Source of the DNA: Polyangiaceae bacterium
Lineage (GTDB): Bacteria; Myxococcota_A; Polyangia; Polyangiales; Polyangiaceae
Length of the DNA: 34,340 bases
Assembly (NCBI GenBank): GCA_036488725.1
Contig: DASXHD010000111.1
Span: 80,760 to 115,099 of the forward strand
Direction: 5' to 3'
The notes under the pieces were generated by a model. The model made no database searches. It saw nothing but the letters and a program-made list of their open reading frames with translations, and was not told the origin of the DNA. Below are positions 34,229-34,340 of the stretch, piece after piece. Position numbers and translations under genes: made by a program. The stretch's first letter is position 1. Every line of letters begins with the position of its first letter.

Positions 34229-34340
34229 CGCTGAGCCGCCGGAGAGGAGCACGGAGGCAAGGGCGACGGGAAGCGGGCACGAGCCGACGGAGCGACTGCC
34301 GTTGTAGAGGAACGTCGGCGACGGCTGCTGGGGGAGCTGC

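Larger units (their letters stand above)
26856..34340. mobile_element. tRNA-Arg-associated integrative element / genomic island (partial; continues beyond window end)
   Basis: Begins at the tRNA 3' end. The int and xis genes lie next to the tRNA. GC content drops visibly relative to flanking chromosomal DNA. Cargo is typical of mobile elements (MTase homolog, HTH regulators, ParB-like gene). The right-hand boundary (attR repeat of the tRNA 3' end) is not inside the window. Confidence 0.7.

Noticed and set aside
1-34340. CRISPR arrays, rRNA genes, IS elements or transposase genes
   Set aside because: No regularly spaced direct repeats, no rRNA-like conserved stretches, and no DDE/transposase-like ORFs were seen anywhere in the window.

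Overview
This is a gene-dense, very GC-rich bacterial window; by eye most of it is above about 70 % GC, and almost every long off-frame ORF in the track is Arg/Ala-rich noise. Codon usage, a DUF4333-like protein, and UdgX / LigC / Prim-PolC-type genes point to an actinobacterium-like chromosome. Three blocks are visible.

(1) 201-8876: one giant gene of 2891 aa, a membrane glycosyltransferase plus GH94-like phosphorylase. Its architecture matches cyclic beta-1,2-glucan synthases (NdvB/ChvB/Cgs).

(2) 8.8-21.6 kb: a striking concentration of DNA-damage-processing genes. They are:
- an error-prone DnaE2-like C-family polymerase;
- a divergently placed UdgX-like covalent uracil-DNA glycosylase, with an SRRLH variant of the KRRIH loop;
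- a stand-alone LigD-type primase-polymerase (Prim-PolC-like);
- a stand-alone LigC-like ATP-dependent ligase, translationally coupled between two membrane proteins;
- AlkB;
- PolX with a PHP domain.
Interspersed are a Tat-lipoprotein aldo/keto reductase, a cupin, and a secreted GH5. No Ku gene and no LigD phosphoesterase domain are present. After this block come a MarR-controlled acyl-CoA dehydrogenase / acyltransferase / alpha-beta-hydrolase operon and an orphan rbfA paralog.

(3) A tRNA-Arg(CCG) at 26779-26855 marks the start of an integrative element. It has visibly lower GC and runs off the window end. It carries:
- a tyrosine integrase whose ORF reads back through the tRNA;
- an excisionase;
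- a phage Dam-family (PF05869-like) methyltransferase homolog with NPPG in place of NPPY;
- a small HTH protein;
- a ~430-aa unknown protein with an HTH.
Divergently from these sits a tightly ATGA-coupled operon. It encodes a 672-aa ParB-like protein with a long disordered N-terminus carrying duplicated Cys/His knuckles, an SplB-like (COG1533) radical-SAM enzyme, and small HExxH-containing ORFs. This ParB-radical-SAM module is the best candidate here for an undescribed DNA-targeting system (DNA modification, defence or anti-defence). No CRISPR array or rRNA was seen.
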